DNA of 32,000 nt from positions 1,010,278 to 1,042,277 of the forward strand of contig NZ_LT670817.1 of the NCBI RefSeq assembly GCF_900129425.1, given 5' to 3'. How positions within the stretch are numbered: the first letter of the stretch is position 1; each line of letters starts with the position of its first letter. The stretch is from Bradyrhizobium erythrophlei. Its GTDB lineage: Bacteria > Pseudomonadota > Alphaproteobacteria > Rhizobiales > Xanthobacteraceae. The position numbers and the translations under genes were made by a program. Of this stretch, positions 1 to 9,455 are shown piece by piece. The notes under the pieces are model-generated. The model made no database searches. It was not told the origin of the DNA and saw only the letters and a list, made by a program, of their open reading frames with translations.

Positions 1-124
1 TGATGCGGGCGGCCAAAGGCGCCGGCTTTTCGCTGCCCGCATCCGCGAGGGGTGCTTTCTCGCTGCCCGACAATACAGTGCGGCTTTGAGTGGCGAAGTG
101 AGGAACGGATTTTTTCGATGCCAT
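1..124 (-). CDS. Partial CDS, N-terminus only, continuing off the left edge; hypothetical protein
   Basis: Minus-strand ATG at 124 lies 6 nt downstream of GGAGG (complement of 131-135). Hand translation MASKKSVPHFATQSRTVLSGSEKAPLADAGSEKPAPLAAARI stays open to position 1. Absent from the ORF track because fewer than 60 codons fall inside the window. The LSGSEKAPL stretch recalls N-termini of S53 pro-peptidases, but this is weak. Confidence 0.35.
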   Translation of the reverse strand, partial: MASKKSVPHFATQSRTVLSGSEKAPLADAGSEKPAPLAARI

Positions 125-372
125 TTTGGTCCTCCAAGGCGGATAAATTGTGAGGAGTTGGCAAAAAAATGCTGTTTTCGACCACCGGGTTATAAGCTTG
201 TCGGCGACGGTCCTGGCTTCTCACCGACTTCCCTAGATGAGTGTTTTTACACGGCCAAGGTCCAAAGCGCACGACGCGCCGTCAAGTCAGAGGTAATCGA
301 GAAGCCGCGACCGCAACGCCGCGAGCGACGACGTTGCGAACCAAGTGGATCGCCGACCACTTTCGGAGGCCA

Positions 373-1248
373 TCAGGCGGCGATGGTTGCGACGCCCTCC
401 AGCTGCTTGATGACATCGTCGGACAAAACGATCGCGGTCGCCGCCAGATTTTCCTTCAAATGCACCATCGACGAGGTGCCGGGAATGAGAAGGATATTGG
501 GCGCGCGACGAAGCAACCAGGCAAGCGCGACCTGCATCGGCGCAGCGCCTAGACGCGCGGCGACGGCGGACAAGGTGGACGATTGCAGCGGATTGAAACC
601 GCCGAGCGGGAAGAACGGCACGTAGGCGGTGCCGTCGCCCGCAAGATCGTCAATCAGCGCGTCGTCGTCGCGGTGCGCCAGGTTGTAATAATTCTGCACG
701 CAAACGATCTCGCAAATCTTGCGTCCTTCCGCGATTTGCGTCGGCGTGACGTTGCTTAGTCCAATGTGACGCACCATGCCTTTGCGTTGCAGTTCGGCAA
801 GGACAGTGAGCGGCGCTTCGAGCGATCCTTCGGCAGGGCCATGCACGTCGAACATGCTGCGCAGGTTGACGACGTCGAGCACGTCGACTCCGAGATTGCG
901 CACATTTTCGTGCACGGCTTGCGTCAGTTCATCCGGTGACATGGCCGGAATCCACGATCCATCGGCGCCGCGCCGTGCGCCAACTTTTGTGACGATGGTG
1001 AGATCGTCGGAGTATGGGTGCAGCGCTTCGCGGATGATCTGGTTGGTGATGTGCGGCCCGTAGAAATCGCTGGTGTCGATGTGGTTCACGCCTTGCCCGA
1101 CGGCCTCGCGCAGGACGGCCAGCGCTCCGTCGTGATCCTTGGGCGGGCCGAAAACGCCGGGGCCTGCAAGCTGCATGGCGCCATAGCCCAGGCGATTAAC
1201 AGTGCGGCCGCCGAGAGTGAAAGTGCCGGACTTTTGAACACTGGTCAT
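373..1248 (-). CDS. Aldo/keto reductase family oxidoreductase
   Basis: ORF 373..1272. The preferred start is ATG at 1248 (MTSVQKSG...), preceded by AGGAG (complement of 1256-1260). AKR-typical N-terminus: GYGAMQLAG, then INHIDTSDFYG, then a VDVVNLR-type segment. Confidence 0.9.
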   Translation of the reverse strand: MTSVQKSGTFTLGGRTVNRLGYGAMQLAGPGVFGPPKDHDGALAVLREAVGQGVNHIDTSDFYGPHITNQIIREALHPYSDDLTIVTKVGARRGADGSWIPAMSPDELTQAVHENVRNLGVDVLDVVNLRSMFDVHGPAEGSLEAPLTVLAELQRKGMVRHIGLSNVTPTQIAEGRKICEIVCVQNYYNLAHRDDDALIDDLAGDGTAYVPFFPLGGFNPLQSSTLSAVAARLGAAPMQVALAWLLRRAPNILLIPGTSSMVHLKENLAATAIVLSDDVIKQLEGVATIAA

Positions 1249-1342
1249 GGTCGATCTCCTTGTTGCGACCACCCTCAGCTAGACCTTGCCAGCATGCACG
1301 AAAATAGGCACAATTTGCACAGGTCGTGCGGAAATCCGAACA

Positions 1343-2236
1343 ATGAAAGCGAATCTGGCTGACCTCAATGCATTCGTCTCGGTGGCCCGCGCCGGCGGCT
1401 TTCGCGATGGCGCGCGCGCGAACGGCCTCAGCGCATCGGGCCTGAGCGAGGCGGTTCGCAGGCTGGAGGCGCAGCTCGGCGTCAGGCTCCTCAACCGAAC
1501 AACGCGCAGTGTCGTTCCAACCGAGGCGGGCGAGCGCCTGCTGGAGCGGCTCACCCCGGCGCTGGCCGAGATCGAAGCCGCCATCGACGTGGCCCATGGC
1601 CTGTGTGACCGGCCGGCAGGTACGCTAAAGCTGAATGTCCCGGTCAGCGCCGCGCGGCTGGTGCTGCCGGCGATCGTTCCGGCGTTTCTCGCTGCCTACC
1701 CGGACATTCGCCTGGAGGTAATCGCCGAGGAGAGTTTCGTCGACGTGCTCGCGGCCGGTTGCGACGCCGGCATCCGGTATGGTGAGCGGTTGGAGCAGGA
1801 CATGATTGCGGTGCCGATCGGTCCGCATCAGCAGCGTTTTTCCCTGGGCGCGGCCCCGGCCTATCTCGATCGACGAGGAAGACCGGAGCACCCGCGCGAT
1901 CTGCTCGGCCATACCTGTCTGCAAGGCCGGTTTGCGAGCGGGGCGACGATGACCTGGGAGTTCGAGCGCGACGGTGAAGTCGTCAAGGTCGACGTGACGG
2001 GGCCGCTGACGGTGCGCATCGGCGGCGCCACCGATCTCCTTGTCGACGCCGCGATCGCAGGCACCGGCATCGTGCCCTTGTTCGAGGACTGGCTGCGCCC
2101 GCACTTTGAAAGCGGCGCTCTCGAACCGGTCCTCGAACCCTGGTGGCAGCGTTTCGCGGGGCCGTATCTCTATTACCCTGGACGGCGGCTTGTGCCGGCG
2201 CCGCTGCGGGCCTTTGTCGATTTCATCAAGGTATAG
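1343..2236 (+). CDS. LysR family transcriptional regulator
   Basis: ORF 1286..2236. The internal ATG at 1343 gives the canonical LysR N-terminal HTH (MKANLADLNAFVSVARAGGFRDGARANGLSASGLSEAVRRLEAQLGVRLLNRTTRS) followed by a substrate-binding-domain-length C-terminus. Divergent from the AKR gene, the classic LysR arrangement. Confidence 0.9.
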   Translation: MKANLADLNAFVSVARAGGFRDGARANGLSASGLSEAVRRLEAQLGVRLLNRTTRSVVPTEAGERLLERLTPALAEIEAAIDVAHGLCDRPAGTLKLNVPVSAARLVLPAIVPAFLAAYPDIRLEVIAEESFVDVLAAGCDAGIRYGERLEQDMIAVPIGPHQQRFSLGAAPAYLDRRGRPEHPRDLLGHTCLQGRFASGATMTWEFERDGEVVKVDVTGPLTVRIGGATDLLVDAAIAGTGIVPLFEDWLRPHFESGALEPVLEPWWQRFAGPYLYYPGRRLVPAPLRAFVDFIKV

Positions 2237-2421
2237 GCCCACAAAGTTTCGCAGCGGCCGTCAAAAGGCTGGCGCCTGATGCATCTGCATCTAGCACGAC
2301 TGTCGTGGTTCGTAGTAAATTGTTTGAGGGGGAGCGCGAGAGCCATCGGCTAGGGCGCGCACCGCCAGTCGTGGAACTACTTTAGCGCTGCCCTCGGACC
2401 CTCATTGAAGGAGGCGCAGCA

Positions 2422-3783
2422 ATGGCCATCGATTTCAGGCTGACGACAGAACAGCAGAATCTGCGGGAGACCGCGCGTGACTTCGCGCAGAACGTGCTCG
2501 CACCGCTGGTTCCCGATGCAGATGCAACGCGCGACCCGCATGAGGCCTTCGCCAAGACCAAGCCGGCTTATGTCGAGTCTTATAAGCTTGGGTTCGCCAT
2601 GGGATTCCTTCCCAAGGAGTACGGTGGCGGCAGCGTCAGCAACCTCGACCTCCAGCTGGTCGCCGAGGAGATTTGCGCCGTTGACCCGGGCTTCGCGACG
2701 ACGCTCCTGGTCAATGGTTTGGGCCTTATGAACGTCGCCTGGTTCGGCACCGATGCCGAAAAGGAGAAGTGGCTTCGGCCGGCCTGCACGGATGCGAAGG
2801 GAGAGTACCTTGCCGGCTGGGTGGTAAGCGAGGCAGGGGGCCGTCCCGGCGGCACCGCAAATTTCGATGCACCACAGCCGTCACCCGTAGGCATCGGTCT
2901 CACCGCCGAGCTGACGAACGGCGAGTACGTGCTGAACGGACGCAAATACTGGCCGTGCAATGCCGGCGGGTGGGACAAACAGGGCGCCGACGTCAACGTA
3001 TGCATCGTCAGGACGGACAAGACGAAGGGCGGCAAGGAGGGTCTGAGCGCAATCATGGTGCCGAGAGGCGCGCCGGGCTTCCGCGTCGAGAAGGTCATCG
3101 ACACGATGGGCCATCGCCTCTGTCAGAACAATTCGCTCGTGTTCGACAATGTGCGTGTTCCCGAAGAGAACATCATCTCCGGCACGAAGGGCAACGGCGA
3201 CCTCGTCATCAGCAAGGCCTTCACGTGGTCGGGCCCGGTCGCGGCGATCGCCGCAGTCGGTGTCGCCAGAGCCGCCTATGAATACACCCTCGAATGGGCC
3301 AAGGGTCACACGGCAGGTGGTGCTCAGCCGATCATGCAACACCAGCATGTGGGTTATCTGCTGTCGGATGTGGCTATGAAGATCGAGGCTGCGCGCTATC
3401 TCTCCTGGAAATCGGCCCAATACCTCGATCTCTATGACAGCGAGGGCCATGTCCCAGGCGCCTGGTCGAAGATTTTCGGCGGGGAGACCTGCGTCGAGGT
3501 CGTATACACGTGCATGCGCATCATGGGCGTCAACAGCTACGATCGGAGCCATCCGCTCGAGAAATATATGCGTGAGGCCCTGTGCTTCCCGATCTACGAC
3601 GCCGGCAACATCGGCATGCAGCGTCGCAAGATTCATGGCGTGATGGCCCACGATTCATTCGACCCGCGCGCCTTGGTCGACAACAAGGCGATGGTCTTCT
3701 CGAAGGAGATGGAAGGATTGGACACGTCCCCGAACCTGGTCGAAACGGGGACGCCTCCGGAGCCGCACAGAGTGGCGGCTTAG
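2422..3783 (+). CDS. Acyl-CoA dehydrogenase family protein
   Basis: 453-aa ORF with GAAGGAGG at 2408-2415. N-terminus (FRLTTEQQNLRETARDFAQNVLAP) and middle/C-terminal segments (YVLNGRKYWPCNAG; EALCFPIYDAGNIGMQR) fit the ACAD fold pattern. Confidence 0.88.
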   Translation: MAIDFRLTTEQQNLRETARDFAQNVLAPLVPDADATRDPHEAFAKTKPAYVESYKLGFAMGFLPKEYGGGSVSNLDLQLVAEEICAVDPGFATTLLVNGLGLMNVAWFGTDAEKEKWLRPACTDAKGEYLAGWVVSEAGGRPGGTANFDAPQPSPVGIGLTAELTNGEYVLNGRKYWPCNAGGWDKQGADVNVCIVRTDKTKGGKEGLSAIMVPRGAPGFRVEKVIDTMGHRLCQNNSLVFDNVRVPEENIISGTKGNGDLVISKAFTWSGPVAAIAAVGVARAAYEYTLEWAKGHTAGGAQPIMQHQHVGYLLSDVAMKIEAARYLSWKSAQYLDLYDSEGHVPGAWSKIFGGETCVEVVYTCMRIMGVNSYDRSHPLEKYMREALCFPIYDAGNIGMQRRKIHGVMAHDSFDPRALVDNKAMVFSKEMEGLDTSPNLVETGTPPEPHRVAA

Positions 3784-3843
3784 TGCGCAGTCCGGAGCGG
3801 GTGGACGATCCGCGGGCCGAGCGAAGGCCGAGGCCCAGCGCTC

Positions 3844-3878
3844 GGCCGCTGCCGTCAGCGCCCCTGACGGCAGCGGCC
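3844..3878 (+). terminator. Perfect 15-bp stem hairpin downstream of the ACAD gene; no U-tract, so a possible terminator or REP-like element
   Basis: ggccgctgccgtcag (3844-3858), 5-nt loop, ctgacggcagcggcc (3864-3878). No T-run follows. Confidence 0.4.
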
Positions 3879-3970
3879 GGCGATCGGTAGCTGTAGCCCG
3901 GCGCCGCAAGATCAAGCAGTTGGACGCGAGTGATCGCCAGGATCATCGACGAGGTCCTTACTGGTCCCTC

Positions 3971-4780
3971 ATGCGCGAGAACGAAGCGATTGTCCGGGTA
4001 TATCCGGGACACGTATCGGAGCGGGAGCGGCCCATGACGCTGATGCTGTTGCCGGACCTTCCGAAAGGCATACGACCGCTCGTGACGCCAATCGTCGACA
4101 CCGCCGATGCCGCCTTTGTCATGTCATTAGACTGCCAATTCCTGGCCTGGGGCTCTCGCGCTCAGCAGCTGTTCGGCTTCTCCCCTCCCGATGTCCTGGG
4201 CCGGTATTGCTACGATGTGCTGCCGGCACGCGACGCCTCAGGTCGATGCCTGTGCAGCGTGAATTGCCCGATGGTCGTCGGCGCGCGTTATGGTTATAGC
4301 GTACCCCCGTCGGAGGCTCGCATCTGTACGAAACAGAACGGTGCGATCTGGGTGCGGTTGAGCCCGATTGTGCTCCGCGCACCGCACGGAGCCATTTGCG
4401 CCATCTTGGTCCTCGCCACCGACGTGGGTCGCTACAAGCTTGCCGAACAGCTCGTACGCTGGATCGCAAGCCGCCTCGATGCGGGTGAGGATTCGTCGAC
4501 CTTTGCGGCTGGCGATGCCGCAACCATGCTCAGAACCTGCTTCCCGGATCTGACCCAACGGGAATCGGAAGTGTTGTGGGAAGCGGTCATTGGCAAGGAC
4601 TACCACGAGATCGCCACGGCGCTTGGCATGCAGCCGACGACGGTGCGCAACCATCTTCAACGCATCCTCACCAGACTGGACGTGCACTCACAACGACAAG
4701 CCGTCCTCAAGGCAGTGCTGGCTCTTGTAACGCCACGGACGGGATCCCAAGCTGCACCATCAATGTCGCGATCTTATTAG
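3971..4780 (+). CDS. LuxR/GerE-family transcriptional regulator with an N-terminal PAS-like, Cys-rich sensor region
   Basis: ORF 3920..4780, whose first codon is TTG. ATG candidates are 3971 and 4034; the latter has GGAG upstream. C-terminus LTQRESEVLWEAVIGKDYHEIATALGMQPTTVRNHLQRILTRLDV is a LuxR-type HTH. The N-terminal half resembles a PAS fold (FLAWGSRAQQLFGFSPPDVLGRYCYDVLP). Confidence 0.75.
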   Translation: MRENEAIVRVYPGHVSERERPMTLMLLPDLPKGIRPLVTPIVDTADAAFVMSLDCQFLAWGSRAQQLFGFSPPDVLGRYCYDVLPARDASGRCLCSVNCPMVVGARYGYSVPPSEARICTKQNGAIWVRLSPIVLRAPHGAICAILVLATDVGRYKLAEQLVRWIASRLDAGEDSSTFAAGDAATMLRTCFPDLTQRESEVLWEAVIGKDYHEIATALGMQPTTVRNHLQRILTRLDVHSQRQAVLKAVLALVTPRTGSQAAPSMSRSY

Positions 4781-4813
4781 GTCGGGTTCGTAATATAAGT
4801 TGTCACCAAATCT

Positions 4814-5968
4814 CTACAGGATGGCGTGCGGCAAAAATCGCGACGTATTGCCGGTGATCGGATTCTCGTCCTCGCGGATCGACAGCCCGCACGGCGTGTG
4901 GTCGACCAGCCAGCTGCCGAGCACCGGATACTGGCTGGAAAAATTCGGCAGCGGCGCCAGGGCCTGGCGAATAAATCCTTCCGCGCCGTACGGTCCCTCT
5001 TGCTCCACAACCGTTACGCCCTCGCTGACCAGCGCGACGTTGGCGCCTTCGCGCGAATAGAGCGGCTTGCGCACGAACGAGGTGCCGAGCCGCGCCGCGT
5101 TCGGATCATCCTCGAAATAGGCCGGCAGCAAATTGGGGTGATTTGGAAACATCTCCCACAGCAACGGAAGAATGCCCTTGTTGGACAGGATGGCTTTCCA
5201 TGGCGGCTCGATCCAGCGCGTCGGCGCTTTTATGAGCCGCTCGCCGAACGCATCGTGAAACATCCATTCCCATGGGTATAGTTTGAACATCAGTTCGATC
5301 GAACGCTCGGGATCGACGAAACGGCCATCATCGCGCCATCCGATATCCTCGACATCAATCAAGGTGGTCGCCAGCCCGGCCTGCCGCGCGGTGTCCTCGA
5401 GATAGGCCAGCGTGCCGGCATCCTCGGGGTTTTCGATCGTTCCCGCCAGATGAAGGTGGCGGTCGCCGCCGAGCTTGGTCCACGCCTCGATCAGACGTTC
5501 ATGGATCGAATTGAACTGGTCGGCGTGGGACGGGATGATGCGCCGCTCGATCGCCTGCTCCAGCCAGGTCCACTGAAACACCGCCGCCTCGAAAATCGAG
5601 GTCGGAGTGTCCGCGTTGTATTCCAGCAGTTTCGCCGGGCCGCGTCCGTCGAAGCTGAGGTCGAGCCGGCCGTAGAGGCTGGCTTCGTCGCGATACCAGC
5701 TTTCGGAAATCAGCGGCCAGAACGCTTCCGGTATTTTCAGCCGGCGCAACGTATTCTCGTCGTCGATCGCGGAGGCGACGAGTTCGAGGCACATCGCGTC
5801 GATCTCGGCCGTGGGCGCCTCGATCTGGCGCTCGATTTCATCCAGGGTGAAGGCGTAGCAGGCGCGTTCGTCCCAATAACGCTCGCCGTCGATGGTATGA
5901 AAATCGAACCCGGTCTCGTCAGCGGTGATGCGCCAGTCGTCGCGCTCGGGGCAGGCGAGGCGCTGCAT
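4814..5968 (-). CDS. Glutathionylspermidine synthase-family ATP-grasp protein (YgiC/YjfC-like)
   Basis: 384-aa ORF. Sequence pattern typical of the GspS pre-ATP-grasp family: RYWDERACYAFTLDEIE, YGRLDLSFDG, LLEYNADTPTS, ILSNKGILPLLWEMFPNHPNLLPAYF, VRKPLYSREGANV. Confidence 0.85.
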   Translation of the reverse strand: MQRLACPERDDWRITADETGFDFHTIDGERYWDERACYAFTLDEIERQIEAPTAEIDAMCLELVASAIDDENTLRRLKIPEAFWPLISESWYRDEASLYGRLDLSFDGRGPAKLLEYNADTPTSIFEAAVFQWTWLEQAIERRIIPSHADQFNSIHERLIEAWTKLGGDRHLHLAGTIENPEDAGTLAYLEDTARQAGLATTLIDVEDIGWRDDGRFVDPERSIELMFKLYPWEWMFHDAFGERLIKAPTRWIEPPWKAILSNKGILPLLWEMFPNHPNLLPAYFEDDPNAARLGTSFVRKPLYSREGANVALVSEGVTVVEQEGPYGAEGFIRQALAPLPNFSSQYPVLGSWLVDHTPCGLSIREDENPITGNTSRFLPHAIL

Positions 5969-5977
5969 CGACGGCCG

Positions 5978-6199
5978 CTAGCCGCCGCCGTGCGCGTGGC
6001 CGTGGAATCGATGCGGTCCGCCACCGAAGCCGCCATAGGTTACGCGGCAAGTCTCGATCAGCCGCCCGTCCGGGCCGCGCACCGGCTGCAACACGAATCC
6101 AGGACCGCAGTACCCGCCTCGCGGGACGAATCCCATCGATACCGCGCCGGCGGCCGCGGTCCCCATCATGGTCAAGACGACACGGCGCGAGCGTTTCAT
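5978..6199 (-). CDS. Small secreted or membrane-anchored Gly/His-rich protein, DUF1190/YgiB-like position
   Basis: ORF 5978..6232. The ATG at 6199 gives MKRSRRVVLTMMGTAAAGAVS, which is signal-like. It has two Cys and a C-terminal tail GGFGGGPHRFHGHAHGGG. Its stop lies 9 nt upstream of the ATP-grasp start, as in the E. coli ygiB-ygiC layout. Confidence 0.55.
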   Translation of the reverse strand: MKRSRRVVLTMMGTAAAGAVSMGFVPRGGYCGPGFVLQPVRGPDGRLIETCRVTYGGFGGGPHRFHGHAHGGG

Positions 6200-6261
6200 G
6201 GTGCGGCCCCTAACGGATTTCCCTGTCGTCATTCAGGCATGCGCGACGCGATGAGGCAAGC

Positions 6262-6294
6262 CCAAAACAAAAACCCCGCCGTTCGCGGCGGGGT
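6262..6294 (-). terminator. Rho-independent terminator of ctrA
   Basis: On the minus strand: CCCCGCCG-CGAA-CGGCGGGG (6293-6274), followed by TTTTTGTTTTG (complement of 6273-6263). It begins about 46 nt after the ctrA stop. Confidence 0.75.
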
Positions 6295-6339
6295 CCACTC
6301 GGGAGGTTGCGAGCTGCAAAGCTCGCCGAAACTTTTCGA

Positions 6340-7041
6340 TCAGGCGGGAATGCGCTCTTCGACCTCGTGCGGCTCGCGCAGCACGTAGCCACGGCCCCAG
6401 ACGGTCTCGATGAAGTTGCGGCCTTCGGAGGCGTTGGCGAGCTTCTTGCGCAGCTTGCAGATGAAGACGTCGATGATCTTGAGTTCCGGCTCGTCCATGC
6501 CGCCATAGAGATGATTGAGGAACATCTCCTTGGTCAGGGTGGTGCCCTTGCGGAGCGAGAGCAGCTCCAGCATCTGGTATTCCTTGCCGGTCAGGTGCAC
6601 GCGCTGGCCGCCGACCTCGACCGTCTTGGTGTCGAGATTGACCACGAGATCGCCGGTCTGGATCACCGACTGGGCGTGGCCCTTGGAACGGCGCACGATC
6701 GCATGGATCCGCGCCACCAGTTCGTCCTTGTGGAAGGGCTTGGTCATGTAGTCGTCGGCACCGACGCCGAGACCCTTGACCTTGTCCTCGATGCCGGCAA
6801 GGCCGGAGAGGATCAGAATCGGGGTTTTGATCTTGGAGACCCGAAGCTGCTTGAGCACGTCGTAACCGGACATGTCAGGCAGGTTGAGGTCGAGCAGGAT
6901 AATGTCGTAGTCGTAAAGTTTGCCGAGATCGACGCCTTCTTCCCCGAGATCCGTCGTGTAGACGTTAAAACTCTCGGATTTAAGCATCAACTCGATCGAC
7001 TGCGCGACGGCGCTGTCATCTTCAATCAGCAAAACGCGCAT
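6340..7041 (-). CDS. ctrA: Cell-cycle response regulator CtrA (OmpR family)
   Basis: 233-aa [70 protein letters not shown] ... [14 protein letters not shown] ... [13 protein letters not shown] is the recognisable CtrA sequence. Confidence 0.97.
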   Translation of the reverse strand: MRVLLIEDDSAVAQSIELMLKSESFNVYTTDLGEEGVDLGKLYDYDIILLDLNLPDMSGYDVLKQLRVSKIKTPILILSGLAGIEDKVKGLGVGADDYMTKPFHKDELVARIHAIVRRSKGHAQSVIQTGDLVVNLDTKTVEVGGQRVHLTGKEYQMLELLSLRKGTTLTKEMFLNHLYGGMDEPELKIIDVFICKLRKKLANASEGRNFIETVWGRGYVLREPHEVEERIPA

Positions 7042-7116
7042 GCCAGTCCCCTATAGTCGCCGCTCCGGGCGTCAGGTCGGCCGCACTTGCGGCACTCAAA
7101 ACGCCTTTGAACAACT

Positions 7117-7285
7117 GATTCGGATCCTGACGACATATGGTTAACAAAATCTGATTCGAGTTCGCAAGCTCTATCGGTGCAATTTTTGTCGAATCGCCCT
7201 AAGATATTGCAGCGAAGCAGATTTTTGTATCCGTTCTCGTTCAGGTTCCACATTAAGAGACGGGCCCAACCGACTCCTGCGACTC
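7117..7285. promoter_or_regulatory. Cluster of five GANTC (CcrM methylation) motifs in the ctrA-fliI divergent intergenic region
   Basis: GATTC at 7117-7121 and 7153-7157, GAATC at 7191-7195, GACTC at 7272-7276 and 7281-7285. That is five sites in 169 bp. Confidence 0.5.
7137..7144 (-). promoter_or_regulatory. TTAACCAT motif (CtrA 8-mer half-site) upstream of ctrA
   Basis: Plus strand atggttaa at 7137-7144 is TTAACCAT on the ctrA-coding strand, about 100 nt upstream of the ctrA start. Confidence 0.4.
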
Positions 7286-7407
7286 GCCCTTCCTTCTGAC
7301 GGTCGAGCGTCCTCAGTTACCAAAGACAGTGACGTAATGATTAACGATGCGGGTAAACACGAAGTTAAAGCCGGGGCTGAAAAGCGCTGAAACTTAAGGT
7401 TTTCGCA

Positions 7408-8733
7408 ATGAAAGCACTCGCCGAGCAGATCAGCGACATCGACGGCGTCAACATTTATGGCCGCGTGGTCGGCGTGCGCGGCCTGATGGTCGAGATCGCC
7501 GGGCCGATTCACGCCATGTCGGTCGGCGCCCGCATCGTGATCGACACCGGCGGCAACCGCTTCATTCCATCCGAGGTCATCGGCTTCACCGGCAGCAACG
7601 CCGTGGTGATGCCGTTCGCCGGCCTCGAGGGCGTCAGGCGCGGTTGCCGCGCTGTCATCGCCAATGCCGCCAGCCAGGTAAGGCCTTCGCCGGCATGGCT
7701 CGGCCGCGTCGTCAATGCGATGGGCGAGCCGATCGACGGCAAGGGGCCGTTGCCGCAAGGCGCCTCGCCGATGCCCTATCGCAACTCGCCGCCGCCGGCG
7801 CATTCGCGCAAACGGGTCGGCGCGCCGCTCGATCTCGGCGTGCGGGCGCTCAATACGTTTTTGACCTGCTGCCGCGGCCAGCGGCTCGGCATCTTCGCCG
7901 GTTCCGGCGTCGGCAAGTCGGTGCTGCTGTCGATGCTGGCGCGCAATGTCGACGCCGATATCACGGTGATCGGCCTGGTCGGCGAACGCGGCCGCGAGGT
8001 GCAGGAATTCCTGCAGGATGACTTGGGCGACGACGGTCTGGCGCGCTCGGTGGTGGTGGTGGCGACCTCCGACGAGCCCGCCTTGATGCGGCGGCAGGCG
8101 GCCTACCTGACGCTGGCGATAGCAGAATACTTTCGCGATGAAGGCAAGGATGTGCTGTGCCTGATGGATTCGGTGACGCGTTTTGCGATGGCGCAACGCG
8201 AAATCGGCCTGTCGGCGGGCGAGCCGCCGACCGCCAAGGGCTACACGCCGACCGTGTTCACCGAATTGCCGAAGCTTTTGGAGCGCGCCGGTCCGGGCAC
8301 CGGCGTCGGCACCATTACCGGCATCTTCACGGTGCTGGTGGACGGCGACGACCATAACGAGCCGATCGCGGACGCGGTCCGCGGTATTCTGGACGGCCAT
8401 ATCGTGATGGAGCGGGCGATCGCCGAGCGCGGACGCTTTCCCGCGATCAATATTCTGAAGTCGGTGTCCCGCACCATGCCGAAATCGGCCGATCCGGTCT
8501 ATCTGCCGACCATCATGAGGGGGCGTCAGGTGATGGCGACCTATGCCGACATGGAAGAACTGATCCGACTTGGGGCCTATCGCGCCGGCTCGAGCGCCGA
8601 GGTCGACGAGTCGATCCGGCTGCATGGCCCGCTCGAAGGGTTCCTGCGCCAGGCCAAGGACGAGGTGACCGGCCTGAGCGAGGGTTACCGCCAACTTGAG
8701 CAAATCCTCGGAAGTTTGGAAACGGAACGCTAA
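7408..8733 (+). CDS. fliI: Flagellum-specific ATPase FliI
   Basis: 441-aa ORF. Walker A GSGVGKS. F1/FliI-type segments: [59 protein letters not shown] and [32 protein letters not shown]. Confidence 0.95.
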   Translation: MKALAEQISDIDGVNIYGRVVGVRGLMVEIAGPIHAMSVGARIVIDTGGNRFIPSEVIGFTGSNAVVMPFAGLEGVRRGCRAVIANAASQVRPSPAWLGRVVNAMGEPIDGKGPLPQGASPMPYRNSPPPAHSRKRVGAPLDLGVRALNTFLTCCRGQRLGIFAGSGVGKSVLLSMLARNVDADITVIGLVGERGREVQEFLQDDLGDDGLARSVVVVATSDEPALMRRQAAYLTLAIAEYFRDEGKDVLCLMDSVTRFAMAQREIGLSAGEPPTAKGYTPTVFTELPKLLERAGPGTGVGTITGIFTVLVDGDDHNEPIADAVRGILDGHIVMERAIAERGRFPAINILKSVSRTMPKSADPVYLPTIMRGRQVMATYADMEELIRLGAYRAGSSAEVDESIRLHGPLEGFLRQAKDEVTGLSEGYRQLEQILGSLETER

Positions 8734-8842
8734 CTTTGTCAGGCCATCATCCGCGCGACACAAATAGCGATGCCGGCGGGGCCCTCGGGGGATGCCGGTC
8801 CTGTCCCGCGTTCAGATTGGGACTTCTGGGGAGTATGAGTCG

Positions 8843-9262
8843 ATGAAGTCACGTGAAACCCTGATCCGCCTGAAGAAGTTTCAGGTCGACGAAAAGCGCC
8901 GAAGGGTCACCCAGATTGAAGGCATGATCGCCGATTTTCAGCGTATGTCGGTCGACCTGGAGCGCGAGATCCACACCGAGCAGGAGCGCGCCGGGATCAA
9001 TGATCCCACGCACTTCGCCTATCCGACCTATGCCAAGGCTGCGATCCAGCGGCGGGAAAACCTGACCCGTTCCGCCGACGAACTGCGGATTCAGCTCGAA
9101 GACGCCAAGAGCCTGCTGACCGAGGCGTTCGAAGAGCTCAAGAAAGTCGAGCTGCTGGACGAGCGCGATCAGGCCCGCGAACGCGCCGAAGAAAACGCCC
9201 GCGAACAGGCCGATCTCGACAGTATCGGCCTGATGCGCGCACGCATCGGGGCCGTCGCCTGA
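8843..9262 (+). CDS. fliJ: Flagellar export protein FliJ
   Basis: ORF 8792..9262. ATG at 8843 is preceded by GGGGAG. The 139-aa coiled-coil protein MKSRETLIRLKKFQVDEKRRRV lies immediately after fliI. Confidence 0.8.
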   Translation: MKSRETLIRLKKFQVDEKRRRVTQIEGMIADFQRMSVDLEREIHTEQERAGINDPTHFAYPTYAKAAIQRRENLTRSADELRIQLEDAKSLLTEAFEELKKVELLDERDQARERAEENAREQADLDSIGLMRARIGAVA

Positions 9263-9295
9263 GGCGCAGCACTCCGTCACCTGCCAAAGCACATC

Positions 9296-9328
9296 AAAAC
9301 CCGGGCCGCGAGGTCCGGGTTTTCTTGT
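9296..9328 (+). terminator. Rho-independent terminator after fliJ
   Basis: aaaacccgggcc-gcga-ggtccgggtttt followed by cttgt; GC-rich stem with a T-run. Confidence 0.7.
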
Positions 9329-9455
9329 GATGTCCACAGGTCGGCGACCGCCGACTTGGTGGACTGGTTCGGCGCAAGCTATGATACGACGAGTCAGGAA
9401 ATGCCGCTTAGATGTGTAGAAAAGCGATGTTGAATCGCGACTTTGGGGGCAATGA

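Noticed and set aside
86-625. 179-aa plus-strand ORF at the left end.
   Set aside because: It overlaps the 3' end of the well-supported AKR gene on the other strand and has no RBS or recognisable motif. The 1-372 region is better explained by a minus-strand gene start at 124 plus intergenic sequence.
7171-8763. 530-aa ORF antisense to fliI. Similar long shadow ORFs occur at 18454..20226 opposite the caspase gene, 5450..6388, 13986..14960, 12015..12725 and 2881..3651.
   Set aside because: Their translations are Arg/Ala/Gly/His-rich and low-complexity, typical of antisense frames in high-GC DNA. The opposite strand encodes clearly recognisable proteins (FliI, C14-Sel1, GspS-like, MFS, FlhA, ACAD).
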